Below are positions 9,238 to 18,565 of a stretch of 64,000 nt of DNA, piece by piece; the first letter of the stretch is position 1; each line of letters begins with the position of its first letter. The position numbers were made by a program, and so were the translations under genes. The notes under the pieces are model-generated. The model had not been told where the DNA came from, made no database searches, and saw nothing but the letters and a program-made list of their open reading frames with translations. The DNA is from Deltaproteobacteria bacterium (lineage in GTDB: Bacteria; Myxococcota_A; Polyangia; Fen-1088): assembly GCA_033763315.1 (NCBI GenBank), contig JANRKS010000026.1, positions 64,001 to 128,000 on the forward strand, written 5' to 3'.

Positions 9238-10497
9238 ATGAAGCCGCGCCAAATGATCATCGCCCTCTTGGTGGGCACGCTGTCAGGCCTGCTTGTCAAT
9301 GCATTGGCGGCCGACGCGGCGTGGGTGACCTGGGTGGTCAACAACGTGTCCACGGTGATCGGCCAATTGTTCATCCGGCTGCTGTTTGTGCTGGTGGTGC
9401 CGCTGCTGTTCTCAGCGCTGGTGATGGGCATTGCCGAACTGGATCTCAAGGATCTGGGCAAACTGGGCGGCCGCACGCTCGCCTACACGGTTGTGGTTTC
9501 GATTATCGCCGTGAGCGTGGGGTTGGTGCTTGTGAATGTGTTGCAACCGGGTGCGGGCGCCGACCCCAACATCCGCACGATGGCCGGGGCCAGCGGCATC
9601 AAGGCGGCGCCCCAACCCATGGATACATCTGCCGCCGGCGTCATCTTGAGCATGGTGCCTGAAAACGCCGTGAAGGCAGCTGCCAACGGCGACATGATCG
9701 GCATCATCGTTGTGGCCTTCATCTTTGGCATCGCTTTGACCCGAACGCGTACAGCGGCTGCACGGCAGCTGCAGGGGGTGATGGAAGGCATCTACGACGT
9801 CACGATGACGTGCATCAACGGTGTGATGCGCTTGGCGCCCATAGGCGTGGGCGCGCTGCTGTTTTCGATGACCGCGCGGGTCGGAGGTGGCCCGCTCAAA
9901 CAAGTGGTGGCTTACGTGGGCGTGGTGATGCTGGGCCTGGCGTTTCACTGTTTCGTCGTCTACTCGATCTTGTTGCGCACGGTGGGCCGCACCAATCCGA
10001 TCACATTCTTCCGCGGCGCACGCTTGGCGATGATCACCGCGTTCTCCACCGCGTCGTCCACCGCCACGCTGCCTACCGCTTTGTTGGTGGCCGAGCATCA
10101 GCTCAAGATCCCGCGTGGCGTGAGCCGTTTCGTTCTAACCGTGGGCGCAACCATGAACCAAAACGGCACCGCGCTGTTTGAAGGCGTCACGGTGTTGTTC
10201 TTGGCGCAGCTTTACGGCGTTCAACTGGCGTTCGGCCAGCAAGCTCTTGTGATGTTCATCTGCGTGTTGGCGGGCATCGGCACCGCCGGCGTTCCCGCAG
10301 CGTCGCTGCCCGTGATCGCGATGATTTTGGGGATGTTTAAGATTCCACCCGAAGGCTTGGGCTTCATCTTGGGTTTCGATCGCTTGCTCGACATGAGCCG
10401 CACCACTTTGAATGTCACGGGCGATCTGGTGGCCGCCGTATGCGTGGCGCGTGGGGCGCAAGAAGAGCCGTCCGCGCCCGCCCCGAGGGACGATTAA
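9238..10497 (+). CDS. dicarboxylate/amino acid:cation symporter (DAACS, GltP-like)
   Basis: AFSTASSTATLP, GATMNQNGTALFE and DRLLDMSRTTLNVTGD motifs, with multiple TM helices. Confidence 0.95.
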   Translation: MKPRQMIIALLVGTLSGLLVNALAADAAWVTWVVNNVSTVIGQLFIRLLFVLVVPLLFSALVMGIAELDLKDLGKLGGRTLAYTVVVSIIAVSVGLVLVNVLQPGAGADPNIRTMAGASGIKAAPQPMDTSAAGVILSMVPENAVKAAANGDMIGIIVVAFIFGIALTRTRTAAARQLQGVMEGIYDVTMTCINGVMRLAPIGVGALLFSMTARVGGGPLKQVVAYVGVVMLGLAFHCFVVYSILLRTVGRTNPITFFRGARLAMITAFSTASSTATLPTALLVAEHQLKIPRGVSRFVLTVGATMNQNGTALFEGVTVLFLAQLYGVQLAFGQQALVMFICVLAGIGTAGVPAASLPVIAMILGMFKIPPEGLGFILGFDRLLDMSRTTLNVTGDLVAAVCVARGAQEEPSAPAPRDD

Positions 10498-10498
10498 T

Positions 10499-11194
10499 TC
10501 ACATGGGCAACCGCGCGAGCGCCTCTGCCACCGCGCCGGCTAAACCCATGGCCTGCACGCACGCCTCAAAGCTGCCGCTCAACGGCGCTTGCACATTCAG
10601 ATACGTCCCGTCCTCACGTGGCAGCGATAAGGCCAACGCGTGCAGTGCCAAGCGATGCAACCCGAAACGCTCTTTGAAGAAGCGGTTGTGTTCGCTTTTG
10701 CCATAATTCGCGTCGCCGATCAGCGGACACGATAAATGCTTTAGGTGCCGGCGGATCTGATGCAACCGCCCCGTGCGCGGTTGCGCCAGCACAAGGCCAT
10801 AACGCTCCCAGAGGCCCAATCGATGCACCTCGGTGACGGCCGGCACGCGCTTGTCGCTGCCTTCTTCATTCGGTATCGCGTGATCTACCACCACGTGCAC
10901 CGGGGGGTGCCCGCGTACGATGGCGATGTAACTTTTGTGCACGCGTCCCTCGGCAAAAGCCTGCGCGCCCGCATTCGCCGCGGCGCGATCCAAAGCGAAC
11001 GCCAACACGCCGCTGGCACCGCGATCCAAGCGATGTAACGGGTAAACCTTTTGCCCCAGTTGCTGGCCCAAAAGCTTCACCACGCCGCCTTCGTCCTGCG
11101 CCCATCCGGGATGCACAACGATGCCCGACGGCTTATCGACAACCACGTATGCGTCGTCGCGGAACAACACCGCAATGTTCGCGCCTTCACTCAC
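10499..11194 (-). CDS. RluA/TruC-family pseudouridine synthase
   Basis: VVVDKPSGIVVH, HRLDRGASG (catalytic Asp), TGRLHQIRRHL, PLIGDANYG and LALHA. Probable GTG start at 11194. Confidence 0.93.
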   Translation of the reverse strand: MSEGANIAVLFRDDAYVVVDKPSGIVVHPGWAQDEGGVVKLLGQQLGQKVYPLHRLDRGASGVLAFALDRAAANAGAQAFAEGRVHKSYIAIVRGHPPVHVVVDHAIPNEEGSDKRVPAVTEVHRLGLWERYGLVLAQPRTGRLHQIRRHLKHLSCPLIGDANYGKSEHNRFFKERFGLHRLALHALALSLPREDGTYLNVQAPLSGSFEACVQAMGLAGAVAEALARLPM

Positions 11195-11353
11195 GCGCGC
11201 GCCCGTGGCTTGAAAAACACCAGAAAATCCTTCGCACAACAGCCGCCGCAACGCAAGCGATGCACGCGTTGCTCGAAACATGGCGGCCGCATTCCCGCAA
11301 AAAACGCTGAGAAACCGCACGATACCAGTGACTTGCACACGCCCCGGCGCGTC

Positions 11354-11367
11354 GGCATGGGGGCTGC
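11354..11367 (+). promoter_or_regulatory. possible sigma54 promoter of the DHODH-like gene
   Basis: GGCATGGGGGCTGC (GG-N10-GC) about 40 bp upstream of the ATG at 11407. Confidence 0.4.
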
Positions 11368-11406
11368 AACGAAGCTGTCACAAAACCACACCCCGCGGAG
11401 GACGAC

Positions 11407-12381
11407 ATGGACCTAAGCACAAAGTACATGGGCATGGATCTGGGCAGCCCGATTGTTTTGGCCGCGTGTCCCTTGTCTGACGACGTGGACATCGTGAGTC
11501 GCTGCGTGGATGCCGGTGCAGGCGCCGTGGTGATGCGCTCGCTGTTTGAAGAGCAGATCACAAAAGAGCAACACCTGCCGCGGCCCACGGGCAACGAAGC
11601 CGACGGTGAAGCCACGCAATTTTCGTTCACCGTCAATCGTTACCTTGAGCAGATCGCGCGGATCAAAGACGCACTGGATGTGCCTGTGATCGGATCGATC
11701 AACGGCACCACACTGGGAGGCTGGGTGCGCCACGCCGAGATGGTTCAGCGGGCAGGCGCGGACGCGATTGAACTCAACGTCTATTACACCGCCACGGATC
11801 CTGACGAAGAGCCTCGCGCCGTGGAGCAGCGTTATACCGACATCGTGGCGGCCGTGCGGGCACGCATCACGGTTCCCCTGGCCGTCAAGCTGTCGCCGTT
11901 CTTCTCAGCGCCCGTATATATGGCGCGCAAACTTGATCAGGCAGGGGCAGAAGGCCTGGTGATGTTCAACCGCTTCTACCAGCCCGACATCGATGCCACG
12001 AGCCGGAAGGTCACAAGTAGCATCACCTTATCTGACTCCTCATCGTTGCCGTTGCGACTGCGTTGGCTGGCCGCGACGTATGGGAAAGTCAAAGCCTCAC
12101 TCGCTTGCACAGGCGGCATCCACACGGGCACCGACGCCGTCAAAGCCACTCTCGCGGGTGCCGACGTGGTGCAGATGGCCTCGGCCGTTTTGCGTTCGGG
12201 GCCGAACGCAATCCGCAAGGTGCGCGATGAGCTAACGGAATGGATGCGCACCAACCACGTCGAGAACCTGCAAGACATCCGCGGCGAATTAAGCCTTGCG
12301 CGCTGCAAAGACCCCGTGGGCCTTTTCCGCGCCAATTACCTTAAGACGCTGCACGAGTGGCATCCGGCCGATTCGCTCTAG
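11407..12381 (+). CDS. dihydroorotate dehydrogenase-like protein
   Basis: MDLSTKYMG.., GAGAVVMRSLFEEQI, AGADAIELNVY, AVKLSPFF, FNRFYQPDID and TGGIHT. GGAGG SD. Confidence 0.92.
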   Translation: MDLSTKYMGMDLGSPIVLAACPLSDDVDIVSRCVDAGAGAVVMRSLFEEQITKEQHLPRPTGNEADGEATQFSFTVNRYLEQIARIKDALDVPVIGSINGTTLGGWVRHAEMVQRAGADAIELNVYYTATDPDEEPRAVEQRYTDIVAAVRARITVPLAVKLSPFFSAPVYMARKLDQAGAEGLVMFNRFYQPDIDATSRKVTSSITLSDSSSLPLRLRWLAATYGKVKASLACTGGIHTGTDAVKATLAGADVVQMASAVLRSGPNAIRKVRDELTEWMRTNHVENLQDIRGELSLARCKDPVGLFRANYLKTLHEWHPADSL

Positions 12382-12558
12382 CATCGGCATAGGGGCGTCG
12401 AGTGATCCCCGACGACCCCTGCCACACTGCCTGGCATCCGGGTCCGCACCAGGCGGTTCAAAGAGAAGACTGCAGGTGGTTGGAACACCACAAAGATCGT
12501 GGCAGCCAAGCCGGTGGCGAAACAACCAAAGCCGTAAGGGCGGACCAAAGCCCGCGCG

Positions 12559-12963
12559 CTACGGATGGATTAGTTCAACTGTCGGGAAGTAGGTGCGGTA
12601 GCGGGTGGGGTCTCTTGTGAGGAGACGAAACCGACGCACGGCCGCGTGAGCGCCAATGTAGAAGTCGGGGAGCGGACTCGTTCGCCGTCCGCCTCGACGT
12701 CTGTATTGCAGAAAAGCCTTCCCTGCGAGAAAGCCTGCCTCAAAAGGGAGCGGCTCCCTTTGATACACGAACGTAGGCAGGGCGGCTTCGAGATCCTCGA
12801 TCTTCTTAAATCCAACAGATATCTCGGCATAAATCAGCGGGTTGATCGCCAACGTCGATTCGTTTGCTGCAGCTTCAAGAGCTTGGCAGGACCAGTGACA
12901 CCAGCGTTTGTCTTCGGTCGCGATGTCCAAAATGACGTTGCTATCGACAAGGACGACGCTCAT
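12559..12963 (-). CDS. vapC: type II TA PIN-domain toxin VapC
   Basis: VLVDSNVILD, INPLIYAEIS, LPDFYIGAHA and LLTRD PIN motifs. ATGA overlap with the antitoxin. Confidence 0.93.
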   Translation of the reverse strand: MSVVLVDSNVILDIATEDKRWCHWSCQALEAAANESTLAINPLIYAEISVGFKKIEDLEAALPTFVYQREPLPFEAGFLAGKAFLQYRRRGGRRTSPLPDFYIGAHAAVRRFRLLTRDPTRYRTYFPTVELIHP

Positions 12964-13196
12964 TTTCCGCTTCTGGTCAGCCGAAGAATCTCGTCCGTGG
13001 TCATTTTCACCGTAGCCCTGCCACGAAGGCGCTCAACAGCATCATGCCCTCTACCGCGCGTGGACTTTGCTGGCAACTTGACCAGCCGCACAGTGTTTCC
13101 ATGAATCTCAAAGTCGACTTCGGTGTTGGGCAATAGTCCCATTTTCTCGCGGACTTCAATGGGGATGGTCACCTGGCCCTTAGACGTAATTCTCAT
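12960..13196 (-). CDS. vapB: AbrB/MazE/SpoVT-family antitoxin (VapB)
   Basis: MRITSKGQVTIPIEVREKMGL swapped-hairpin motif, directly upstream of the PIN toxin. Confidence 0.92.
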   Translation of the reverse strand: MRITSKGQVTIPIEVREKMGLLPNTEVDFEIHGNTVRLVKLPAKSTRGRGHDAVERLRGRATVKMTTDEILRLTRSGK

Positions 13197-13218
13197 GTAT
13201 TACTCCTACAAGTAATAC
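13197..13218. promoter_or_regulatory. vapBC autorepression operator
   Basis: Perfect inverted repeat GTATTACT-N6-AGTAATAC abutting the antitoxin start and overlapping its AGGAG SD. Confidence 0.7.
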
Positions 13219-13562
13219 TACCTCTGGGACACCGGAGCTGCAAGGCGACGGCACTGGCGTTATTGTCTTGCCCGTGCCCATTGGTGGGTGGCAAAGAATG
13301 CCCCTAGCTTCAACCGCCATCATGTAGCGGAATGTGCACTAAACCTTCCCGTCAACGGCCGCAACCGGCCAAGAAGCCAATACGAGATGAAGTTGCAGAG
13401 GGAAGTGCTTGAAGATGCCGCACTTCGGTTTCAAAGACGACACGGGCTGCATCGTCCTCACGCGTCTCGCCCGGGGGTGGTGCTGCTCACTCTATCGGGG
13501 CAAGACAAAGGTCAGTTCGGAGACGCCGTCTTTGCGGACCTCGCCAGCGATATGTCCCGCTA

Positions 13563-13717
13563 TCGCAGCACGAGCTGTGGCGACGCTTGCACAACTGGGA
13601 GATCGCAAAGTTCGCGCTGGCGCTCAAGGCCATCCCAGAAGGTGGGGGCACGATGCTGGACAACACGATAATCGCATCGGCTCCGACATCGCGCATGGCC
13701 ATACGCACCGCCGCAAC
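13563..13717 (+). pseudogene. DUF1552 (HXXSHH family) remnant, internal fragment
   Basis: Reads RRLHNWEIAKFALALKAIPEGGGTMLDNTIIA, then after a frameshift GSDIAHGHTH. Aligns by eye to KMHAWEAGYLA...LKSVKEGNGTLLDNTLIWWTTDLSVSYTH of the DUF1552 gene at 21619-22929. Confidence 0.7.
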
Positions 13718-13774
13718 ACATTAGCGGTAGCATACCGTTGACAATAATGTAATTGAAGTCAATTATTGCTAACT

Positions 13775-14968
13775 ATGCAATATAAAAGGGAATGTCTGTC
13801 GAAGCTGAAGACAATTGCCCGCCAATTTCCGGCGGTGGTGGTCACGGGCGCCCGGCAAACCGGCAAAACAACCCTGCTTCGGGAGACGTTCAAAAAACAT
13901 CGGTACGTCTCACTTGATCTGCCGAGTGCGGCAGAGCTGGCGGAGCGGGAGCCCGAACGCTTCATCGCCCTTAACCCGCCACCTTTGTTGATCGACGAAG
14001 TTCAATACGCGCCGGGATTGTTCCGTCATTTGAAGATTGCGATCGACAGCGACCGACATTCACCTGGAGCGTTCGTTTTGACGGGCTCGGAGAAGTTTGT
14101 GCTCATGAAGTCGGTGGCAGACAGCCTCGCGGGGCGCTGCGCCTTACTGGAGCTTGAAACACTTTCGCTTGAAGAGATCGCGCAGCACAATCCCTTCCCA
14201 TCCACAGCGTCTGCGCTTGTCGCACACCTATACCGAGGCGGTTTTCCTGAGCTGTGGCGGGATCCTTCAATTGAACCAAGCCTTTTTTATCGCGGCTACC
14301 TCAGCACCTATCTTGAACGCGACGTTCGGCAGATCTTGAATGTCACAAGCCTTCGCGATTTCGAGCGCTTCATTCGAGCGTGCGCCAGCCGAACGGCGCA
14401 ACTCCTCGACAAAGCGAGTCTTGCACGCGACGTGGGTGTGAGCGCCAAAACCATAAACGAGTGGTTGAGCGTGCTTGAAGCTTCCAACCAAATCCAGCTG
14501 CTTGAGCCGTACTTCGAGAATCTAGGCAAACGCATCGTAAAAAGCCCCAAGCTCTATTTCTCAGATACGGGGCTGCTTTGCTACCTATTGGGGCTGGATG
14601 AGAGAGCGATCGAGAAGAGCCCCTACCTTGGTGCGATTTGGGAAACAGCCTTGTTCGCGCAGCTTCGCAAGCGGCGAGAACATCGCAGTGATCTGTCGAC
14701 GATCTGGTTTTATCGAGATGGACAGCAACGGGAAGTGGATTTTGTTATCGCGGCCGGGAACTCCAGGCGTTTGGTCGAAGTCAAATGGACCGAGAACCCT
14801 ACGGCGCGAGATGCAGACGGCCTCGAGAAGGTCGCTGAAATCATGCGAGCGAACGGCAAAGCGCCCGACGTCAGCACATTCATCGCTTGTCGCACGCCCC
14901 ACGAATCGATCGTTGCACAATCGACGCGCGTGATTGATGCAAAAGCGATGGCGTCTTTGATCCAATAG
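13775..14968 (+). CDS. AAA_14 ATPase with C-terminal DUF4143 domain
   Basis: Walker A TGARQTGKTT, IDEVQY, LTGS, SLAGR, GGFPE, YLERDVR, KSPKLYFSDTGL and EVDFV...VEVK. TTGACA at 13738 upstream. Confidence 0.92.
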   Translation: MQYKRECLSKLKTIARQFPAVVVTGARQTGKTTLLRETFKKHRYVSLDLPSAAELAEREPERFIALNPPPLLIDEVQYAPGLFRHLKIAIDSDRHSPGAFVLTGSEKFVLMKSVADSLAGRCALLELETLSLEEIAQHNPFPSTASALVAHLYRGGFPELWRDPSIEPSLFYRGYLSTYLERDVRQILNVTSLRDFERFIRACASRTAQLLDKASLARDVGVSAKTINEWLSVLEASNQIQLLEPYFENLGKRIVKSPKLYFSDTGLLCYLLGLDERAIEKSPYLGAIWETALFAQLRKRREHRSDLSTIWFYRDGQQREVDFVIAAGNSRRLVEVKWTENPTARDADGLEKVAEIMRANGKAPDVSTFIACRTPHESIVAQSTRVIDAKAMASLIQ

Positions 14969-15045
14969 GAGGGTGAATGGCTTGGTCCGCCCTTTGCGCA
15001 TCTCGACTCTGCTGAGCAACAACTCTATGAACGAATAGGTAACGC

Positions 15046-16128
15046 ATGACGAAACCGACGACCTTTGAACAATACGTTGCGCCTTTGCCAGCGGATCAAC
15101 GACGCGCCTTAGAGACGCTGCGCAAGCAGATCATCGGTGCCGCTCCAGATGTGCAGGAGTACATCGGCTATGGCTTGCCTGGCTTCAAACTGCACGGACG
15201 GCCGCTGCTCTACATCGGCGCGGCGAAGAGTCATTGCGCCATATATGGCGCTCGTGCGGAAGGCGCCTTGGTCAAGAAGCTCGCCGCGTTTAAGCAAAGC
15301 AAGGGCACGATACAGTTTGTGCCCGCTCATCCGATTCCTGCGGCGGTGGTAAAGGCGATTGTCAAGGCGCGCGTGCAAGCAAACAACGCACGCGCGGCGA
15401 CCAAAACCAAGGCGTCCGCCAAGCCTGTTCCATCCAAATTGATGGGCAAAGCGGCGCCCGGCGGCGATCTCAAAAGCACTCTTGCTTGGCTCAAGCAAGA
15501 GGGAACGAAGAAGACGCTGGACAGCATGGGCCGCTACGGCATCACCGCAACCAAAGCGTTTGGCGTTACGGTGGGCGAGCTGAAAGCCTATGCGAAGGGG
15601 CTCGGCAAAAATCACGTGTTGGCAGAGCAACTGTGGGCCTCCGGTTGGTACGAGGCGCGGATGTTGGCAAGCTTTGTTGGTGACCCCAATGCGCTCACCG
15701 CAAAACAAATGGACGCGTGGGCCAGCGACTTCGACAGTTGGGCCATTTGCGATTCCATATGTTTTCACCTTTTTGATCGCTCCCCTTTGGCCTTCAGCAA
15801 AGTAAAGACCTTTGCCAGCGCCAAACCAGAATTCAAAAAACGCGCGGCCTTTGCGACGTTGTGGGGTCTCACCGTGCACGACAAAAAAGCCGGCAACGAC
15901 AGCTTCTTGAACTGCTTGCCCCTCATCGAGAAAGCTGCCACAGATGACCGCGCGTTTGTGAAAAAGGGCGTTGACATGGCCTTGCGCGCAATGGGGAAGC
16001 GCAACGGAGTTCTTCACGCCGCCGCGTTGGCCCTGGCGAAGAAACTTGCTGTTTCCACGAACGCCTCAAGCGCATGGATCGGCCGCAGCGCCTCCCGTGA
16101 GTTGTCGAAGGTGACGCCGCGAGGTTGA
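15046..16128 (+). CDS. fusion of a DUF1801 (YdhG-like) domain and an AlkD-like DNA alkylation repair HEAT-repeat domain
   Basis: N-terminus YVAPLPADQRRALETLRKQI..IGYGLPGFK..KGTIQF, a Lys/Ala linker, then LAEQLWASGWYEARMLA..FDSWAICD..DDRAFVKKGVDMALRAMGKRN. Confidence 0.85.
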   Translation: MTKPTTFEQYVAPLPADQRRALETLRKQIIGAAPDVQEYIGYGLPGFKLHGRPLLYIGAAKSHCAIYGARAEGALVKKLAAFKQSKGTIQFVPAHPIPAAVVKAIVKARVQANNARAATKTKASAKPVPSKLMGKAAPGGDLKSTLAWLKQEGTKKTLDSMGRYGITATKAFGVTVGELKAYAKGLGKNHVLAEQLWASGWYEARMLASFVGDPNALTAKQMDAWASDFDSWAICDSICFHLFDRSPLAFSKVKTFASAKPEFKKRAAFATLWGLTVHDKKAGNDSFLNCLPLIEKAATDDRAFVKKGVDMALRAMGKRNGVLHAAALALAKKLAVSTNASSAWIGRSASRELSKVTPRG

Positions 16129-16189
16129 TCAATTGCGACCCAATTGGTCCAAGATCTTAAAGTCAAAAGAATGAAGTAGAAACGAACTT

Positions 16190-16344
16190 CACAAGAAGGG
16201 GCAGTTCATCCCTTTCCCAAGTGGCACGCCCGGTAAGAACGTCGCAGGCGCGTGTGCTGAAACAGTTTGCAACGCTATTGGCGTGCCCACTGAGTTTTTG
16301 GCGAGCCCGAATACGGCGGCGAGCTGCCGCAGCTCAAGGCATTA
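16190..16344 (+). pseudogene. DUF1552 remnant, C-terminal fragment
   Basis: HKKGQFIPFPSGTP...ETVCNAIGVPTEF, then after a frameshift in a T-run FGEPEYGGELPQLKA. Matches the C-terminus LKKGQHL...SVCQLMGVTTAQFGKPLSGPGGLAGL of the intact paralog. Confidence 0.65.
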
Positions 16345-16368
16345 GGCGCAAGGCAGCTCGAAGGTGCA

Positions 16369-17019
16369 TCACTTCGCCGCTTCTGTAGTGGCTTCTGGAG
16401 CCGGGGGCGCTTTAAGTACGCACGCCAGGCTTACGGTTACCTCCGCTTCGTCACTGATGGATCCCGCCATACCAGTCATGCCAAAACGGCCGCGTGAAAA
16501 TGGAATCACGGCCTCGAATCCGGCCATGCCACCACCCTTTGCGTCGCGCGTGGCACCCAAGCGTTGCGCCACGAAGCGAATCGGCTGCGAGATACCGCGA
16601 AAGCTAAGATCACCGTCAACCGTGAATCGATCACGGCCTGCCTTGCGTATCTGCTTTGATACGAATGTCACCTCAGGAAAGGCACTGACGGCAAAGAGAT
16701 CGGGATCGCTTTTCAGTTTGTTGTCACGAGCGGAGATGCCCGTATCAAGGCTATCAACGGCAATCGACAGGTTAACTTGACCTTTGACCTTGCCCGCATG
16801 TTCAAGCAACTCAACAGTGCCTGAGAACTTGTTGAAGCGGCCGAAGAAGTGGCTGACGCCATTGCGTTTGACCTTGAAGATGAGCGATGAGTGGCCCGTG
16901 TCGATCTCATAGTGAAGCGCCTCGCCGGCCGCGGTAACAGCGGACGCGGTTTGTGCGAAGGCGGGTGCCGTGTTCAAACAGACAAACAGAATGGTCCAAG
17001 GCCGTGCAATCAACATCAT
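16369..17019 (-). CDS. YceI-family periplasmic lipid/isoprenoid-binding protein
   Basis: Signal peptide, YEIDTGHSSLIFKVK, GRFNKFSG, SLDTGISARDNKLKS, FPEVTFVS, GDLSFRG and RFGM. Confidence 0.88.
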   Translation of the reverse strand: MMLIARPWTILFVCLNTAPAFAQTASAVTAAGEALHYEIDTGHSSLIFKVKRNGVSHFFGRFNKFSGTVELLEHAGKVKGQVNLSIAVDSLDTGISARDNKLKSDPDLFAVSAFPEVTFVSKQIRKAGRDRFTVDGDLSFRGISQPIRFVAQRLGATRDAKGGGMAGFEAVIPFSRGRFGMTGMAGSISDEAEVTVSLACVLKAPPAPEATTEAAK

Positions 17020-17227
17020 GTGGAACCTATGCCGCAATTGCAGCAGCAATCAAGTCAAGATCCTTTGACATGACGGAGCCAAGCTAGGTCCCGTGAAACA
17101 CATAGGCGCTTGGCATATTCACAAACATCTTCCCTTGCGTGCACGGCGCTTTGATCTTTACCCTGATTCTGTCGACACCCCCTCCGATGAGGATGCCGAA
17201 GGATGATAAGTGCGTAGCGCAAGCCGA

Positions 17228-18565
17228 TCAATCAACAGCGATCGCATCCATCGGCTGCGTGTCAGAAACGGCAGCGTCTCTCGAAGCGTCGACCGTCGAG
17301 ACCAGGCCGGTGTCGTCAGCCTCACGGGCGTCAGCCGCATCCGCTCCACTGTCTGGGCCTGCATCATCCATCGTTGCCCTCGGCGCTTCCCAGCCTAGAA
17401 CCGGCGGAGCGCGGTCAGGTCGAGAGGTTGCTACGATCCAAAGTTCTTTGTCATCAACACCAACGAGGATGTCGGGGCGCCGTTCGTAGCAAGCCTTTAG
17501 TTCCTCAAAGAGCCCTGGTAGCGATTCTGTATCATCCTCAGCCACACGCACGCGCCACGCAGACACGATTTCGCCAGAGGCCTCGTCGTGAAAGACCGAG
17601 AACGTATCTTGAGCGATGTCGGGCAGGAATCTGGGACATACGAACGACCGCACAGCCGACGGCAGCGACTCACGCCAGCGACTTTGCCAAATCCAATTTC
17701 CTAGGCTTTCCATCATCATTCGAGTGAATGACGCAGGCAAAACGGGTATCTGCGGCGAAACGCCTTTGAGGCGGTCGTGTTTCGCCAGCCAGGGATGCAT
17801 GACCTCGCGGGTGCTTGTGGGCATGTGTTGCCAAACCTCGCGGCGTTCGCCGACACGCAAGCGGCTCATGAAGTACGCGCCGTAGCTGTAGGTAAACTGG
17901 CTGTAGGCGTCCGTGATGATATTGGGCCCATGACCCGGAAGTCCGCGGGACAAATATGTTGACTCCAGGTCAACGTCGGCCGGGCTCACCCCCTGGGCAT
18001 CAAGAACCGCCAGATCAGCGATGAGCGTCGCCTCACCTTCGACAACTGCGCGGTTCGCTAGAAATTCGTCGAACGACATTTTCTTAGACATCATTTCCAC
18101 GTCTGGGACCTGCAGCACGTGGACGAGTTCGTGAAGAAGCACCTTTGTCTTGTCAGCGTCAGTGCTCGAACGGTTGACCAGCAGGACAACTTTGCTGCCA
18201 TCAAAGTATCCGCCCAGCCGCGAGATATATTCGTTTTCTAGCGTCAAATCCGTCTCGGTATTTCCCTCTAGCCCCATGAGCGCGAATCCTCGACGTTGCA
18301 CGACCGCTTTGAGGTCGATGGGCGAATCGCGTATCTCGGCTGCCGCCATCTCGGCTTTACTGGCCGACCCGATGATTTCAATGGGTGGCAGAGGCAGTGG
18401 CTCGACCTGACGCTGGCACGCCGCCACGGTCATAATGTGTTGCTGGCATTGCAGCTGGTCCACCTTGCAAGCCGACAATCTCGGGCAAACCGTTTTGGGA
18501 TCACAGCCCGTTGCAAGCAGTGACGTCATGACAGCAAACGCCAAGGCGATCCGTCTTGCGTTCAT
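17228..18565 (-). CDS. lipoprotein with a gluzincin-like HExxH...E zinc-peptidase motif
   Basis: Lipobox LATGC, Cys-rich N-terminus, VLLHELVHVLQ...RAVVEGEATL and FTYSYGAYF. Start overlaps the upstream stop. Confidence 0.65.
   Translation of the reverse strand: MNARRIALAFAVMTSLLATGCDPKTVCPRLSACKVDQLQCQQHIMTVAACQRQVEPLPLPPIEIIGSASKAEMAAAEIRDSPIDLKAVVQRRGFALMGLEGNTETDLTLENEYISRLGGYFDGSKVVLLVNRSSTDADKTKVLLHELVHVLQVPDVEMMSKKMSFDEFLANRAVVEGEATLIADLAVLDAQGVSPADVDLESTYLSRGLPGHGPNIITDAYSQFTYSYGAYFMSRLRVGERREVWQHMPTSTREVMHPWLAKHDRLKGVSPQIPVLPASFTRMMMESLGNWIWQSRWRESLPSAVRSFVCPRFLPDIAQDTFSVFHDEASGEIVSAWRVRVAEDDTESLPGLFEELKACYERRPDILVGVDDKELWIVATSRPDRAPPVLGWEAPRATMDDAGPDSGADAADAREADDTGLVSTVDASRDAAVSDTQPMDAIAVD

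Noticed and set aside
17054-17069. GTCAA-N6-TTGAC palindrome upstream of yceI
   Set aside because: Only 5-bp arms, a single copy and no adjacent regulator; could be chance.
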